64,000 nt of DNA from Nitrospirota bacterium (GTDB taxonomy: Bacteria; Nitrospirota; Thermodesulfovibrionia; Thermodesulfovibrionales; JdFR-88). Within the stretch, counting starts at the first letter, position 1, and each line of letters begins with the position of its first letter. The notes below the pieces were generated by a model that was not told the DNA's origin, did no database searches, and worked only from the letters and a program-made list of their open reading frames with translations. Shown one piece after another: positions 45,763-55,777 of the stretch. The DNA is taken from contig JAKAJM010000003.1 of NCBI GenBank assembly GCA_021813765.1, forward strand, positions 8,883 to 72,882, in the 5' to 3' direction. The translations under genes and the position numbers were made by a program.

Positions 45763-46410
45763 TTACTTTCTTCCTGTGATCAGGAAGACCGTGAACTCCC
45801 GGTCTTTTCCCCCGACATCTCTCAGCATGGTGGAGGCTGTCGTGTCCCTGAGGCCGCTGAAGCCGGTCTGCCGCATAAGGTCCATGAGCGCCGCGCGGTC
45901 GAAACCGAAGTGGAAAACGCCTGTGTTGTCGCCATGGAACGAGCCGTCCTCGGAATCCAGGTCCGCCACGCAAAGAAGCCCTCCTGGCAGAAGGAGCCCG
46001 TGCCACATGCGGAGGAGGGCCGGGGTGTCCGGCACATGGTGCATGGTCATGCTGCTTACTATAAGGTGGAATTTTTTGCTTTCGATGAAAGGCTTGTCCT
46101 TGCCGGCTCCGCTCTCAAGGTCAATAAAGACGGTGTCAACATTGCCAATCTGCAGGGCTTTGATTTTTTCCTTAAGGACGCCGAGCATTCCGCGGGATGT
46201 GTCCGCCGCCGTCATTGTCCTTACCAGGGGCTGGAGCTTAAGCGTGACAAGCCCGGTGCCGCACCCATAATCAAGGGCATCCATCAGCCTGGTGGGCCCG
46301 GCCTCCCTGATGACGGCCGCTGCCACATCCGAGGCCAGCCTTACACGCCTCTGGTCCTGGTCCCACTGGGCGGCTTCCTTGTCGAAATCCCTTTTCCCTG
46401 AAGTGTTCAT
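45763..46410 (-). CDS. Class I SAM-dependent methyltransferase
   Basis: 215 aa. Motif I 'ALDYGCGTGLVT' is present, with an acidic post-I residue and an 'MTMHHVPD' segment. Confidence 0.85.
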   Translation of the reverse strand: MNTSGKRDFDKEAAQWDQDQRRVRLASDVAAAVIREAGPTRLMDALDYGCGTGLVTLKLQPLVRTMTAADTSRGMLGVLKEKIKALQIGNVDTVFIDLESGAGKDKPFIESKKFHLIVSSMTMHHVPDTPALLRMWHGLLLPGGLLCVADLDSEDGSFHGDNTGVFHFGFDRAALMDLMRQTGFSGLRDTTASTMLRDVGGKDREFTVFLITGRK

Positions 46411-46486
46411 GGTATTAAAAATAAGTTTAACATATGACGCGCGCGGATTATGGGACAGGCCGTATTTTTTTTGGTATTTTTATTAT

Positions 46487-47437
46487 ATGCCTGTGACCGT
46501 GCGGTTTGGACAGTTCAACATAAGGGACCTGACTATGGAGAAGCTCAGTGACCCGGAGGACCCCCAGGCCCTTGCGGCCGCAAAGATAATAAAGAAGTTC
46601 GCTCCCGACGTGCTTTCCATAAATGAGATGGAGTCGCACCCGGAAGCCCCGCGCGCCTTCATAGAGAATTTTCTGAAAAAGGGGGAAGACCCGGCCGATT
46701 ATCCCTTTTACCATATCGCGGACACCAACTCCGGGCAGCCCACGGGGTTTCCGCCCCCTTTCGACTACAAGGGGTTCGGACGTTTCAAAGGGCAGTACGG
46801 GATAGCCTGCCTGAGCAGGCACAGAATGGATTCCGGTGCCATAAAAAACTACAAGGATGTGCCATGGGGGCAGATGCCTTTTGGCTATTGCATGGAGGCC
46901 GCTTGCCCGGAGGGCTTCCCGCTCTGGAGCACCGCGTTTCTGGACATCCCCATCCGGATAGGAGAGACCGGGGTGCATTTCATCCTGCTACACCCGACCG
47001 TCCCGCTTAGAAATTATATGAACCTGAGAAGAAACGCCGATCAGCTCCGGTTCCTGGAAAGATACATTGGAGGGCAGAGCATCCCGGGCGTCCAGTCCCT
47101 TCCGGCCGGCACGCCGTTTGTCGTAATGGGGGACCTGAACACGGACCCGCGGGAGGGTGTGGGCACCTGCGAAGTGATAAAGGACCTGCTTGAAAACGAA
47201 GACCTCATAAGGCCGGGTGCGGATGAAAAGACGTTTCTGGAGGGAGGGGGCTCTGACTGGCCCGGCGAAGACAGGCCCGGGCTTCTTTCTGCAAGGCTGG
47301 ACTATTTATTGCTCTCCAGGGGGCGGTTCATTCTAAAGGATTTCCATATTTTTAGCCCCAGGGGCACACCCTGGTGGCCGGTCGCCCGAAGGGCCTCGGA
47401 CCATTTTTTTATCTATGCGGACTGTGAGCTGGCCTGA
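46487..47437 (+). CDS. Endonuclease/exonuclease/phosphatase (EEP) family protein
   Basis: It carries 'FGQFNIRDL', 'DVLSINEM', 'VMGDLNTDP' and the C-terminal 'SDHFFIYAD', which are the EEP catalytic motifs. The real start is ATG 46487. The ORF-track extension to 46292 is antisense to the methyltransferase gene. Confidence 0.8.
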   Translation: MPVTVRFGQFNIRDLTMEKLSDPEDPQALAAAKIIKKFAPDVLSINEMESHPEAPRAFIENFLKKGEDPADYPFYHIADTNSGQPTGFPPPFDYKGFGRFKGQYGIACLSRHRMDSGAIKNYKDVPWGQMPFGYCMEAACPEGFPLWSTAFLDIPIRIGETGVHFILLHPTVPLRNYMNLRRNADQLRFLERYIGGQSIPGVQSLPAGTPFVVMGDLNTDPREGVGTCEVIKDLLENEDLIRPGADEKTFLEGGGSDWPGEDRPGLLSARLDYLLLSRGRFILKDFHIFSPRGTPWWPVARRASDHFFIYADCELA

Positions 47438-47460
47438 CCCTGTCGATGGCTCGTGAGGGC

Positions 47461-48555
47461 CTAAATGTTGAACCTGAAATTTATGATGTCCCCGTCTTTA
47501 ACTGGGTAGTCTCTGCCTTCCAGGCGGAAAACGCCAAGCTTCCTGGCCTCAGCCATGGAGCCCCCGCACTTCATGAAATCCTCATAAGAGACGACCTCGG
47601 CCCTTATGAACCCTTTTTCTATGTCCGAATGTATCTTGCCCGCCGCCTTGGAGGCGGGGGTTGCTTCCTTTATGGTCCAGGCCTTCACCTCGTCTTCCCC
47701 GGCGGTGAAGAAGGAAATTAGCCTAAGGAGCCCGTACGAAACCTTTATGAGCCTCCGCAGGGCGGGCTCTTCGATGCCCAGGTCCGCAAGGAATGCCTTT
47801 TGCTCCTCAGGAGAAAGCTGGGCAAGCTCCATCTCTATCTTTCCGGACATGGCCAGGGCTGAGGCGTTTCCCTTAAGCAGTCCCTGTGCATCCTGGATGA
47901 GTTTTTGCACGGTTTCCTTGTCTTTGAGCATCTCTTCCGCAACGTTGAAGACAACGACCTCAGGCTTTATGGAAAGGAACTCAAGGTGCCTTATTGCCTT
48001 CAGCTCCTCGGGGCTGAACTCAAGCTCTCTCAGGGGCTTTTCCGCCTCAAGGGCCTCACGGCATTTTAAAAGCACAGCCCTTTCGGCGTCGTTCACCTTT
48101 TCCTTTCTCCCTTTTTTTAGTGACTCCTCGATGCTTTCAAGCCGCTTTTCCACAAGCATCAGGTCTCCAAGCACTAGCTCGGCCTCCAGCTGGCGCAGGT
48201 CCCTCATCGGGTCCACCCCGCCAAACGGGTGGGGCACGGAGGGGTCCTCGAAGGCCCTTACTACCTGCAGCAGGGCATCAGCGTCTTTTATGTGCGCGTG
48301 AACCTTGGCGTTCTGCTTGGTGTCCCCTTTCGTGAACCCGATGTAGTCCACGTAGTCCACGGCAGCATATGTGGTCTTTGCAGGCCTGAAGATTCCCGAC
48401 AGGCTGTCGATCCGTTCGTCAGGCACATTTACCACCCCCATGCGGGCCTCTCCGCTGGTGGACGGATAGGAGCTGGTCGGCAGCCCAAGGCCGGTGAGCG
48501 CATTGAATATGGTCGTCTTGCCGGAGTTCGAAAACCCGATTATCGCGATCTTCAT
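47461..48555 (-). CDS. ychF: Ribosome-binding ATPase YchF
   Basis: 364 aa from ATG 48555. It has the G1 motif 'GFSNSGKTT', a coiled-coil insertion and the C-terminal TGS-like 'IHSDIEKGFIRAEVV...GRDYPVKDGDII.FRFN'. Confidence 0.9.
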   Translation of the reverse strand: MKIAIIGFSNSGKTTIFNALTGLGLPTSSYPSTSGEARMGVVNVPDERIDSLSGIFRPAKTTYAAVDYVDYIGFTKGDTKQNAKVHAHIKDADALLQVVRAFEDPSVPHPFGGVDPMRDLRQLEAELVLGDLMLVEKRLESIEESLKKGRKEKVNDAERAVLLKCREALEAEKPLRELEFSPEELKAIRHLEFLSIKPEVVVFNVAEEMLKDKETVQKLIQDAQGLLKGNASALAMSGKIEMELAQLSPEEQKAFLADLGIEEPALRRLIKVSYGLLRLISFFTAGEDEVKAWTIKEATPASKAAGKIHSDIEKGFIRAEVVSYEDFMKCGGSMAEARKLGVFRLEGRDYPVKDGDIINFRFNI

Positions 48556-48716
48556 CTGAACCACTTTTATACCATATTCCAGGTGCTCTTTTAAAGCCGG
48601 AAGGCCGGACCAAGGGTAAAAACCCCCTTGATAAGGGGTTTGTTTTGTGATAGAAGAAAACAATAGGGATGCAATCTTTAAATTAATAATTATTAACAAT
48701 TACGGAGGTCCGCTTC

Positions 48717-49109
48717 ATGAAAAAGTCTCCCGCAAAGACTCCCGCAAGGACAGCTAAAGAGGAACCCGCGCAGCCTGTAGAAGAAAAAGGGGTTGCGGTG
48801 GCCGAAGGACTTAAAAAGACATACCTTAAAAACCGCGATGCCTGCAAGGTGATCTTTTTTTTGCCTGCGGAGGCCGTGCCGGACGCCCAGAAGGTTGCCA
48901 TCGTAGGCGATTTCAACCAGTGGGACCGCAGCGCCAACCTGATGAAAAAGCAGAAGGACGGCAGCTTTCTGCTTACCCTGGAAATCCCCTCGAACCACGA
49001 ATACCGCTTCAAGTATCTCGTTGACGATACAAGGTGGGAGAACGACTGGTGTGCCGACAAGTATGTGAAGAATGAGTTCGGGGGCGAAGACTCCGTGATC
49101 CAGGTTTAA
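48717..49109 (+). CDS. Stand-alone CBM48 / AMPK-beta glycogen-binding-like domain protein
   Basis: 130 aa. 'VAIVGDFNQWD....M.K..DGSF...L.......YRFKYLVD..W..D' matches the isoamylase-N/AMPK1_CBM pattern. A basic, disordered N-terminus precedes it. Confidence 0.65.
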   Translation: MKKSPAKTPARTAKEEPAQPVEEKGVAVAEGLKKTYLKNRDACKVIFFLPAEAVPDAQKVAIVGDFNQWDRSANLMKKQKDGSFLLTLEIPSNHEYRFKYLVDDTRWENDWCADKYVKNEFGGEDSVIQV

Positions 49110-49274
49110 AAGGCAGCCGGGGCGCGCAGCCGCTTGAAAAGGATTTTTTTAATAACGGCCTTTTCGCGCCGCCTTTTTCGCCTGGATCCGGCTTGCCCGG
49201 GTGTTCCGGGCAACGGCAAAGCCTGCTAATGATTTTGCGAATGGCCCCGTGGTTTATTCAGGGGTACCACTTCC

Positions 49275-50414
49275 TTAATCCTCAGCCGGGGCCTTTTCCT
49301 GTTTTTCCCTTTCCTTCTTGGTGTCCCGGAGCGCCTCGTCAAAGGCCGCCTCAGCTTCTTCCATCTTTATCTTTGAGTATTCGGTGTCGCTTATTATGTC
49401 TATGTCCCAGCCGGTAAGCTTCATGGCAAGTCTTACGTTCTGGCCCTTTTTGCCTATGGCGATGGACAGTTGCTGGTCGGAGACGACGACCATAGCCGTC
49501 TTCTCCTCCTCGTTGATGCCAACCCTGTCTATCGTGGCCGGGCTCAGCGCCCTTGCTATGAGCACCCTCGGGTCATCGTTCCAGGGTATGATGTCTATCC
49601 TTTCGCCCTTAAGCTCCCTGACAATGGACTGGACCCTGGTGCCTTTCATTCCAACGCACGCGCCAACCGGGTCTATGGAGCTGTCTGTCGAAAACACGGC
49701 AACCTTCGTTCTTTCCCCCGGCTCCCTGACTATGTCCCTTATCCGCACGAGGCCTTCCGATATCTCGGGCACCTCCATCCTGAAAAGCTCCGCAACGAAC
49801 TTTGGCGTTGCCCTTGACACCAGGATCACCGGCCCTTTGGGCGTGATTCTTATGTCTTCGATGTACGCCTTGACAAAATCTCCCCTCCGCAGGGTCTCGC
49901 CTGCAAGGGTTTCTTTCACCGGCAGGACCGCCTCGGTCTTTCCGATATTTATGTAATAGAAGCTCTTTTCCTTCCTGAGCACGCTTCCGCTTACGACCTG
50001 GCCCACCTTGCTCTTGAACTCGTTAAAGAGAGCATCGCGCTCCGCCTCGCGCATGCGCTGCAGAATGACCTGCTTTGCCGTCTGGGCCGCTATTCTCCCG
50101 AAGTCCACAGGGGCCATGGGCACCTCCACCACATCGCCCAGGTTCTTTCCCGGAAACTCCTTTGCGGCTTCCTCCACCGATATCTCTTCGTCCGCGTTCT
50201 GGACGCTCTCCACGATCCTTTTTTCCTCGAACACGGATATCTTGAGCGTATCAGGATCTATCCTCAGATTTATATTGGTCCTGCCGCCGTAGCGTTTCCG
50301 CGCCGCAGACAGCAGAGCGGACTCAAGCGCCCCCACGAGCACATCCTTTGAAATGCCTTTTTCCCGGCAGATCTGGTCTATAAGGAACGCTATTTCTTTC
50401 ATTTCTCCCCCCAT
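49275..50414 (-). CDS. nusA: Transcription termination/antitermination factor NusA (short form, no AR1/AR2)
   Basis: 379 aa. It has the N-terminal domain, an S1 domain ('GQVVSGSV') and two KH domains ('GACVGMKGTRVQ','IAIGKKGQNVRLA'). The start is 50414 or 50402. Confidence 0.95.
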   Translation of the reverse strand: MGGEMKEIAFLIDQICREKGISKDVLVGALESALLSAARKRYGGRTNINLRIDPDTLKISVFEEKRIVESVQNADEEISVEEAAKEFPGKNLGDVVEVPMAPVDFGRIAAQTAKQVILQRMREAERDALFNEFKSKVGQVVSGSVLRKEKSFYYINIGKTEAVLPVKETLAGETLRRGDFVKAYIEDIRITPKGPVILVSRATPKFVAELFRMEVPEISEGLVRIRDIVREPGERTKVAVFSTDSSIDPVGACVGMKGTRVQSIVRELKGERIDIIPWNDDPRVLIARALSPATIDRVGINEEEKTAMVVVSDQQLSIAIGKKGQNVRLAMKLTGWDIDIISDTEYSKIKMEEAEAAFDEALRDTKKEREKQEKAPAED

Positions 50415-50423
50415 ATGGAAAAG

Positions 50424-50879
50424 CTATATCTCAATTTCAAGCCGCGCCTTGGCCACGGCGCTGTAAGGTATCTCCAGCTCTTTTTCCCCCACAGCTATCA
50501 AAAAAGAGTTGTCTTCCGCCTTTTGCAGCCTGCCCACCAGGAAGGTCTGCCCGTCAAAAGGAGTCCTGGTAGTCACCCTGATGAGCTTCCCGGTCTGTTT
50601 TTTGAAATCTGCGGGGCCTTTCAGCGGCCTGTCAAGCCCAGGAGAGGAGACCTCGAGATTATAGCGGCTGGGAATGATGTCCTCCACATCCAGCATGGCG
50701 CCTATCTCCCTGCTCATGAGCTCGCAGTCCCTGATGGTGACCCCCCCTTCCTTGTCGATGCTGATCCTCAGAAGCAGTCTTTGCCCGCTCCCAAGGAGCT
50801 CGACCGACTCCACCGTGTACCCCAGCCCCTCTGCGGCTTTCTGGGCCAGCTCCCTTATTTTTTCCTCCGTCCTGCCCAT
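50424..50879 (-). CDS. rimP: Ribosome maturation factor RimP
   Basis: 151 aa, immediately upstream of nusA. 'YNLEVSSPGLDRPL' is the RimP signature. Confidence 0.92.
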   Translation of the reverse strand: MGRTEEKIRELAQKAAEGLGYTVESVELLGSGQRLLLRISIDKEGGVTIRDCELMSREIGAMLDVEDIIPSRYNLEVSSPGLDRPLKGPADFKKQTGKLIRVTTRTPFDGQTFLVGRLQKAEDNSFLIAVGEKELEIPYSAVAKARLEIEI

Positions 50880-51185
50880 ATCAGATCAAATCAAAAACTC
50901 CTGTCTATACAAAACAAAAGAGTGGTCGCCCACTCTCTCCAAGGTAAAAAATTCAAAATAAGATTACATATTTATTTTAGCAATTAACTGTGCATAATTC
51001 AAATCAATATGCTTTTGAGGCCCGGGCGCCCAGACAGCCGCAACTGCAGGCTTTCCTTATCGCCAGTTATATCCGGGCCGTTTGATGCGGGCTTTCCTCG
51101 TTTTTCACGCGCCGGTTGCTTAATAGGTGCGATTATTTTTATAAATCAAACAGTTCAGGAGTGCCGCAGCCTGGAAAAATTATTA

Positions 51186-51214
51186 TTGACAATGCGCTTG
51201 ACGCGTGCTATAAA
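51186..51214 (+). promoter_or_regulatory. Sigma70-like promoter for cspA-like gene (TTGACA-N17-TATAAA) with about 70-nt 5' UTR
   Basis: The hexamers were read at 51186-51191 and 51209-51214. Long 5' UTRs are typical of cold-shock genes. Confidence 0.5.
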
Positions 51215-51288
51215 GGAAAATAGCTTGTCTTGACAGGCTGATAGCCGTATTTCATGTTCCCTGGGAGGGAAGAAGGAGGGTCAGAAGC

Positions 51289-51492
51289 ATGTCGTACGAG
51301 GGAAAGGTGAAGTGGTTCAATGAGACAAAAGGGTATGGATTCATCCAGCAGGAAAGCGGGCCTGATATCTTTGTTCATTATTCAGCCATTATGACAGACG
51401 GTTTCAAGACCTTGAACGAAGGGGACAAGGTGAACTTTGAGATCGTTGATGGGGAACGCGGTCCAAAGGCAGCAAACGTCCAGAAACTCTAA
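51289..51492 (+). CDS. cspA: Cold-shock protein (CspA family)
   Basis: 67 aa. It carries RNP1 'KGYGFI' and RNP2 'VFVHY'. Confidence 0.97.
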   Translation: MSYEGKVKWFNETKGYGFIQQESGPDIFVHYSAIMTDGFKTLNEGDKVNFEIVDGERGPKAANVQKL

Positions 51493-51682
51493 AAATCCTT
51501 CCAAAATAATATGGGCGTGCCTTTAGAGGGGGAGGCGCGCCCAATCAAACCTTCCTTCGATTAGAAAAGGCACATTGTTGTTCATCCTTGCCCGCCTAGG
51601 ACCCGCGATTTTATTGACTATCCCCTGTGATATTTGTAAAAATGTGTAGCGAGCGTGCCCGAAGGGATTTTTTAGAGAGTAA

Positions 51683-52519
51683 ATGGCGCGGGCCAGAGTG
51701 CATATGAAAGAAGAAGCCTCCAATATCAGTGTCTCTGCCGGTTTTTTGAAGGGCGGCCCAGTCTGCTGTATGCTTATCGCCTCGCTTGTGGCCTTTCTCC
51801 TTTTCGGCCCTGCATACGCAGGCGCGGCCATTTACAGGTATTTCGGCGCGGACGGCTCTATTCATTTTACCGATACACCCGGCAGGGGGGCCGTGGAGGT
51901 GGTTGCGGACAGTGCCGCCGTCCGGGCCGAACGCAGGAATAAAGAAAAAGCGGCAGGCTTTTGCCCGGTTTCAGCCGGGTACAAGGACCCGCATATTGAT
52001 GCCCTGATACGGCACATGTGCCGCAAATACGGGGTGGACCCTTCGCTTGTGAAGGCGGTCATCAGCGCGGAGTCCGGGTATAACAGTATGGCGGTCTCGC
52101 CGAAGGGCGCCATGGGCCTCATGCAGCTTATGCCGGGGACCGCGAATTCCCTGGGAGTTTTCGATCCCTTGGATCCGCAGCAGAACATAGAGGGGGGGGT
52201 AAGATATCTGAGCAGTCTCCTTGAGCGCTATGGGGGCAATGTAGCACTTGCGCTTGCGGCATACAACGCCGGGCCTGGATCGGTAGAAAAATATGGTTCC
52301 GTACCCCCCTACCAGGAGACGGACACGTATGTCAGGAAGGTCCTTGCATCCTACGACAGCCCTGCACGCGCCGGGATCCCGGGAAGACATTTCAAGGCGG
52401 GCCAAAAGAAAAAAAATAAAAAGGCTTCTTTTGCACCCAGGAAAAACACTATAATATACAGAGTAACCCTTAACGACGGCACTGTCTTATATACCAACAA
52501 CCCGTCATCCGGGTTTTAG
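51683..52519 (+). CDS. Exported lytic transglycosylase (DUF4124-like N-terminus plus SLT domain)
   Basis: It has 'IYRYFGADGSIHFTDTP' (DUF4124-like), the catalytic 'VISAESGYN', 'GLMQLMPGTA' and 'AYNAGPG'. The start is uncertain (51683, 51704 or 51770). Confidence 0.85.
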   Translation: MARARVHMKEEASNISVSAGFLKGGPVCCMLIASLVAFLLFGPAYAGAAIYRYFGADGSIHFTDTPGRGAVEVVADSAAVRAERRNKEKAAGFCPVSAGYKDPHIDALIRHMCRKYGVDPSLVKAVISAESGYNSMAVSPKGAMGLMQLMPGTANSLGVFDPLDPQQNIEGGVRYLSSLLERYGGNVALALAAYNAGPGSVEKYGSVPPYQETDTYVRKVLASYDSPARAGIPGRHFKAGQKKKNKKASFAPRKNTIIYRVTLNDGTVLYTNNPSSGF

Positions 52520-52554
52520 TTTTTTAAAAAATTTTAGAGAACTGAAGAAGGTCA

Positions 52555-53532
52555 ATGAACGAGCTTGATATGCTCCAGGAGATACTGGAGCTTAAAAGAC
52601 AGAGGAAGGCCATAATACTGGCCCACAACTACCAGAGGGACGAGGTACAGGACCTGGCCGATTTCATCGGCGACTCCCTGGAGCTCTCAAGGACAGCATC
52701 CACGATCGAATGCGATGTGATCGTATTTTGCGGCGTGAACTTCATGGCGGAGAGCGCCGCCATATTGAGCCCCACGAAGACGGTCGTCCTGCCGGAGGTC
52801 GAGGCCTGCTGTCCGATGGCGGACATGATACAGGTGGAGAAGCCTCGGAAGATGAGGGCCTCATTTCCAGGGTATGATGTGCAGCCGTCCCTGGTGTACC
52901 CTGTGGAGTTCTCCCTTAACGACCTGAAGCAGCGGTACCCGGGAGTGCCGGTAGTAAGTTATGTCAATACTACGGCGGAGGTGAAGGCACACAGTGACAT
53001 ATGCTGCACCTCGGCAAACGTTGTGAAGGTGATAGAGTCCCTGCCGGGCGATGAGGTGATATGCGTGCCAGACAGGAACCTGGCCCTGTGGGCGCAGAAG
53101 AACAGCCGGAAAAAGGTCATCTCCTGGGACGGTTTCTGCCATGTCCACGACCGGGTACGCAGGGAGGACGCGCTGAAGGCCAAAGAGGAGCACCCCGGAG
53201 CGCTTCTGATGGCCCATCCCGAGTGCCGCATCGAGGTCCTGGAGGTGGCGGACCACGTTACCAGCACGTCCGGGATGCTCCGCTTCGCGAAGAGTTCGCC
53301 GCACAAGGAGTTCATAGTGGGCACGGAGCTGGGGCTGATGCACAGGCTCAGGAAAGATAGTCCGGAAAAGGTTTTCTACCCTCTAAGAAAAGACATGATA
53401 TGCCCGAACATGAAAAAGACAACACTCAAGAGCGTCTACACCGCCTTGAAAGAGATGAGGACCGTTGTCAGCGTGCCGGAGGAGATCAGGCTTCCAGCCA
53501 AAAGGGCGCTTGACAGGATGCTGGCCATCTAG
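52555..53532 (+). CDS. nadA: Quinolinate synthase NadA
   Basis: 325 aa. It has 'ILAHNYQ', 'DFIGDSL', 'FCGVNFMAE', 'HPEC' and 'VGTE.G', with conserved Cys residues for the 4Fe-4S cluster. Confidence 0.93.
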   Translation: MNELDMLQEILELKRQRKAIILAHNYQRDEVQDLADFIGDSLELSRTASTIECDVIVFCGVNFMAESAAILSPTKTVVLPEVEACCPMADMIQVEKPRKMRASFPGYDVQPSLVYPVEFSLNDLKQRYPGVPVVSYVNTTAEVKAHSDICCTSANVVKVIESLPGDEVICVPDRNLALWAQKNSRKKVISWDGFCHVHDRVRREDALKAKEEHPGALLMAHPECRIEVLEVADHVTSTSGMLRFAKSSPHKEFIVGTELGLMHRLRKDSPEKVFYPLRKDMICPNMKKTTLKSVYTALKEMRTVVSVPEEIRLPAKRALDRMLAI

Positions 53533-53595
53533 TTAGAACTTATCTCGAAAAAGTCCCGGAAGTTCACTGCAAAAAAACCCTTTGTCTTCTGGCAG

Positions 53596-54801
53596 TCATT
53601 CCGGAAGTTCCACGGCAAATTTTCCCGTCTGGCCCGGGGCCTGATTTCCGTTTCTGTTTTTGAACCATGAGGCCGCATTCCTTACTTCCCCGGTGATGCC
53701 TACAAGCACATCCACTTCCCTGGCCACGGTGTTTGACATCTCTTCCATCTGCCTTGTTATGACGGAGGTCTTCTCTATGTTCTTAGCGATCTCCTCTGAG
53801 GCACTGGACTGCTCCTCCACGGCGGCGGCTATATGTGTGATCTCGTCTCTGGCCTTTTGGGCGACCTTTTCTATGGACAGGAAGGCATCGCCGACCTTTT
53901 TTATGAACTTGCCGGCATCCGTTACCTGTTCCGCCGCCTCGGACATGGATTTGGAGGTCAGGCCGGACTCCGTTTGGACGGCGCTTATCTTTTCGGATAT
54001 CTCGGCCGTGGCCTTTATTGTCCTTTCGGCCAGCTTCCGCACTTCGTTTGCCACAACCGCAAAGCCCTTGCCCTGTTCGCCTGCCCTGGCGGCCTCTATG
54101 GCGGCATTTAGAGCAAGCAGATTGGTCTGGTCCGCTATCTCCTTTATGACCGTGACGATGCCCCCTATCTCGGCGGCCCTGCTGTTGAGTTTGCCCACTT
54201 TGGAGGCAAGCTCAAGGGTGGAACTGTGGACCTTTTCCATCATCTGGATGGCGTTGTTTGCGATCTCCTGGCCTGCTTCTGACACGTCGGTGACGTTCGA
54301 AGATGTGTCCTGGGCTTCAGAGGCGTTCTTTGCGATATCTGTTATGGTCTGGCTCATCTCTTCGGCGGCGGTGGCTATCTGCGAGGCCTGGTTGAACTGG
54401 CTCCTGGCACCGGAAGCCACCCCCTCCGCAGAGCCCCTGAGCATGCCGACCGCCTCAATAAACTTGTCCAAAAGGGTGAGTACCTTTTGTATCATACCGT
54501 CAACGGACTCAAACATGAGGTTGGCGCTGCCGAACATGGCGCCTATCTCGTCATAGCCAGCGTCCGCGTTTCCGATGCCTGCGCTCAGGTCACCCTCTGC
54601 GGCCCTCTCCAGCTTTTCTTTCAACCGGGCTATGGGCCTGAGTATCTTTCTGTTAGTCTGTATCCACAGCACCGCAAGGACCGCGACTGTAAGGAGCGTC
54701 TGCAACAGCCGGAAATGTGCGGTGCCGGGCATCAGAAAGCCCCCCGCAGTTATCAGGACAAGCACAAGGACCGTGAGGTTCAAACCGGTGTTTATCTTCA
54801 T
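53596..54801 (-). CDS. Methyl-accepting chemotaxis protein (short, HAMP plus signalling domain)
   Basis: It has two N-terminal TMs, a HAMP domain ('[18 protein letters not shown]') and the signalling hairpin '[38 protein letters not shown]'. I chose ATG 54801 because an AAGGGGTGGA SD precedes it. Confidence 0.9.
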   Translation of the reverse strand: MKINTGLNLTVLVLVLITAGGFLMPGTAHFRLLQTLLTVAVLAVLWIQTNRKILRPIARLKEKLERAAEGDLSAGIGNADAGYDEIGAMFGSANLMFESVDGMIQKVLTLLDKFIEAVGMLRGSAEGVASGARSQFNQASQIATAAEEMSQTITDIAKNASEAQDTSSNVTDVSEAGQEIANNAIQMMEKVHSSTLELASKVGKLNSRAAEIGGIVTVIKEIADQTNLLALNAAIEAARAGEQGKGFAVVANEVRKLAERTIKATAEISEKISAVQTESGLTSKSMSEAAEQVTDAGKFIKKVGDAFLSIEKVAQKARDEITHIAAAVEEQSSASEEIAKNIEKTSVITRQMEEMSNTVAREVDVLVGITGEVRNAASWFKNRNGNQAPGQTGKFAVELPE

Positions 54802-54961
54802 CGTCCACCCCTTTTTAAAAAGCATGCTTAGAGAGCCGATGTCCATAAAACTTTGCCAGCCAATGAATGATGCAATTATCCGGGAAAAATATCAACCTGA
54901 AATCACAAATTGAGGCAGGCTCAAAACGGATGAAAGGAAAGGAAAAAGGTTATAATCCGCC

Positions 54962-55777
54962 ATGGAGCCTAAATCCATAACAAGCGCTCAAAACCCGGTC
55001 ATAAAATCGCTTCTGGCCATAAGACGCCATCCGGGCAGGGAGGCTTTTCTGGCGGAAGGCCCTCACCTTGTGGAGGCTGCGCTTTCGGGGGGCGCAAGGC
55101 TGGAGGCAGTTGTCGTGTCCGGCGAATTTCTGGCCCGGCTTGAAGATACCTTTTTTAATGCGCTAAAACAGGCGGCCAGGGGTTTTTACCGGGTGCCAAG
55201 CCGGCTATTTGAAAGGATCGCGGAGGCAAAGACCCCTCAGGGCATACTGGCCCAGTGCCGGTATGAAGCGCCGGAACTGCGCAGGCTGGCATTCAGGGGG
55301 CCTGCCCTCATTGCGGTAAGCGCGGGCATCAGGGAGCCCGGGAACTTGGGAACGCTTGTGCGCACTGCCGATGCCGCGGGCGCGGACGCATGCATCATTC
55401 TGCCTGGAAGCGCCAATATCTTTTCTCCCAAGGCGGTCAGGGCAACCGCCGGCAGCCTTTTCCATCTGCCCGTTATCGAGGCCCGGCTTGAAGAGGCCAT
55501 TGACTACCTGAAAGAAAAAAAAATAGCCCTGGCCGGGGCGGACGCGCACGCAGACAGGCCGGTCTACGGCTGGGACCTCAGGGCCCCGGTTGCTATCGCT
55601 TTCGGGGAAGAGGCGCACGGGCTGCCGCCTGAGCTGAAGGCACGGGCGGACGTGCTCCTTGGCATCCCGATAAGGGGAGGGGCGGAGAGTCTGAATGTGG
55701 CGGCCTCCGCGGCTGTCTTCCTGTTTGAGGCCGCCAGACAGAGGATGCAGCTTACGCAGGCCTTGCCGCGCCGGTGA
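54962..55777 (+). CDS. SpoU/TrmH-family RNA 2'-O-methyltransferase (RlmB-like)
   Basis: 271 aa. The SPOUT motifs '[14 protein letters not shown]', '[11 protein letters not shown]' and '[18 protein letters not shown]' are present. Confidence 0.88.
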   Translation: MEPKSITSAQNPVIKSLLAIRRHPGREAFLAEGPHLVEAALSGGARLEAVVVSGEFLARLEDTFFNALKQAARGFYRVPSRLFERIAEAKTPQGILAQCRYEAPELRRLAFRGPALIAVSAGIREPGNLGTLVRTADAAGADACIILPGSANIFSPKAVRATAGSLFHLPVIEARLEEAIDYLKEKKIALAGADAHADRPVYGWDLRAPVAIAFGEEAHGLPPELKARADVLLGIPIRGGAESLNVAASAAVFLFEAARQRMQLTQALPRR

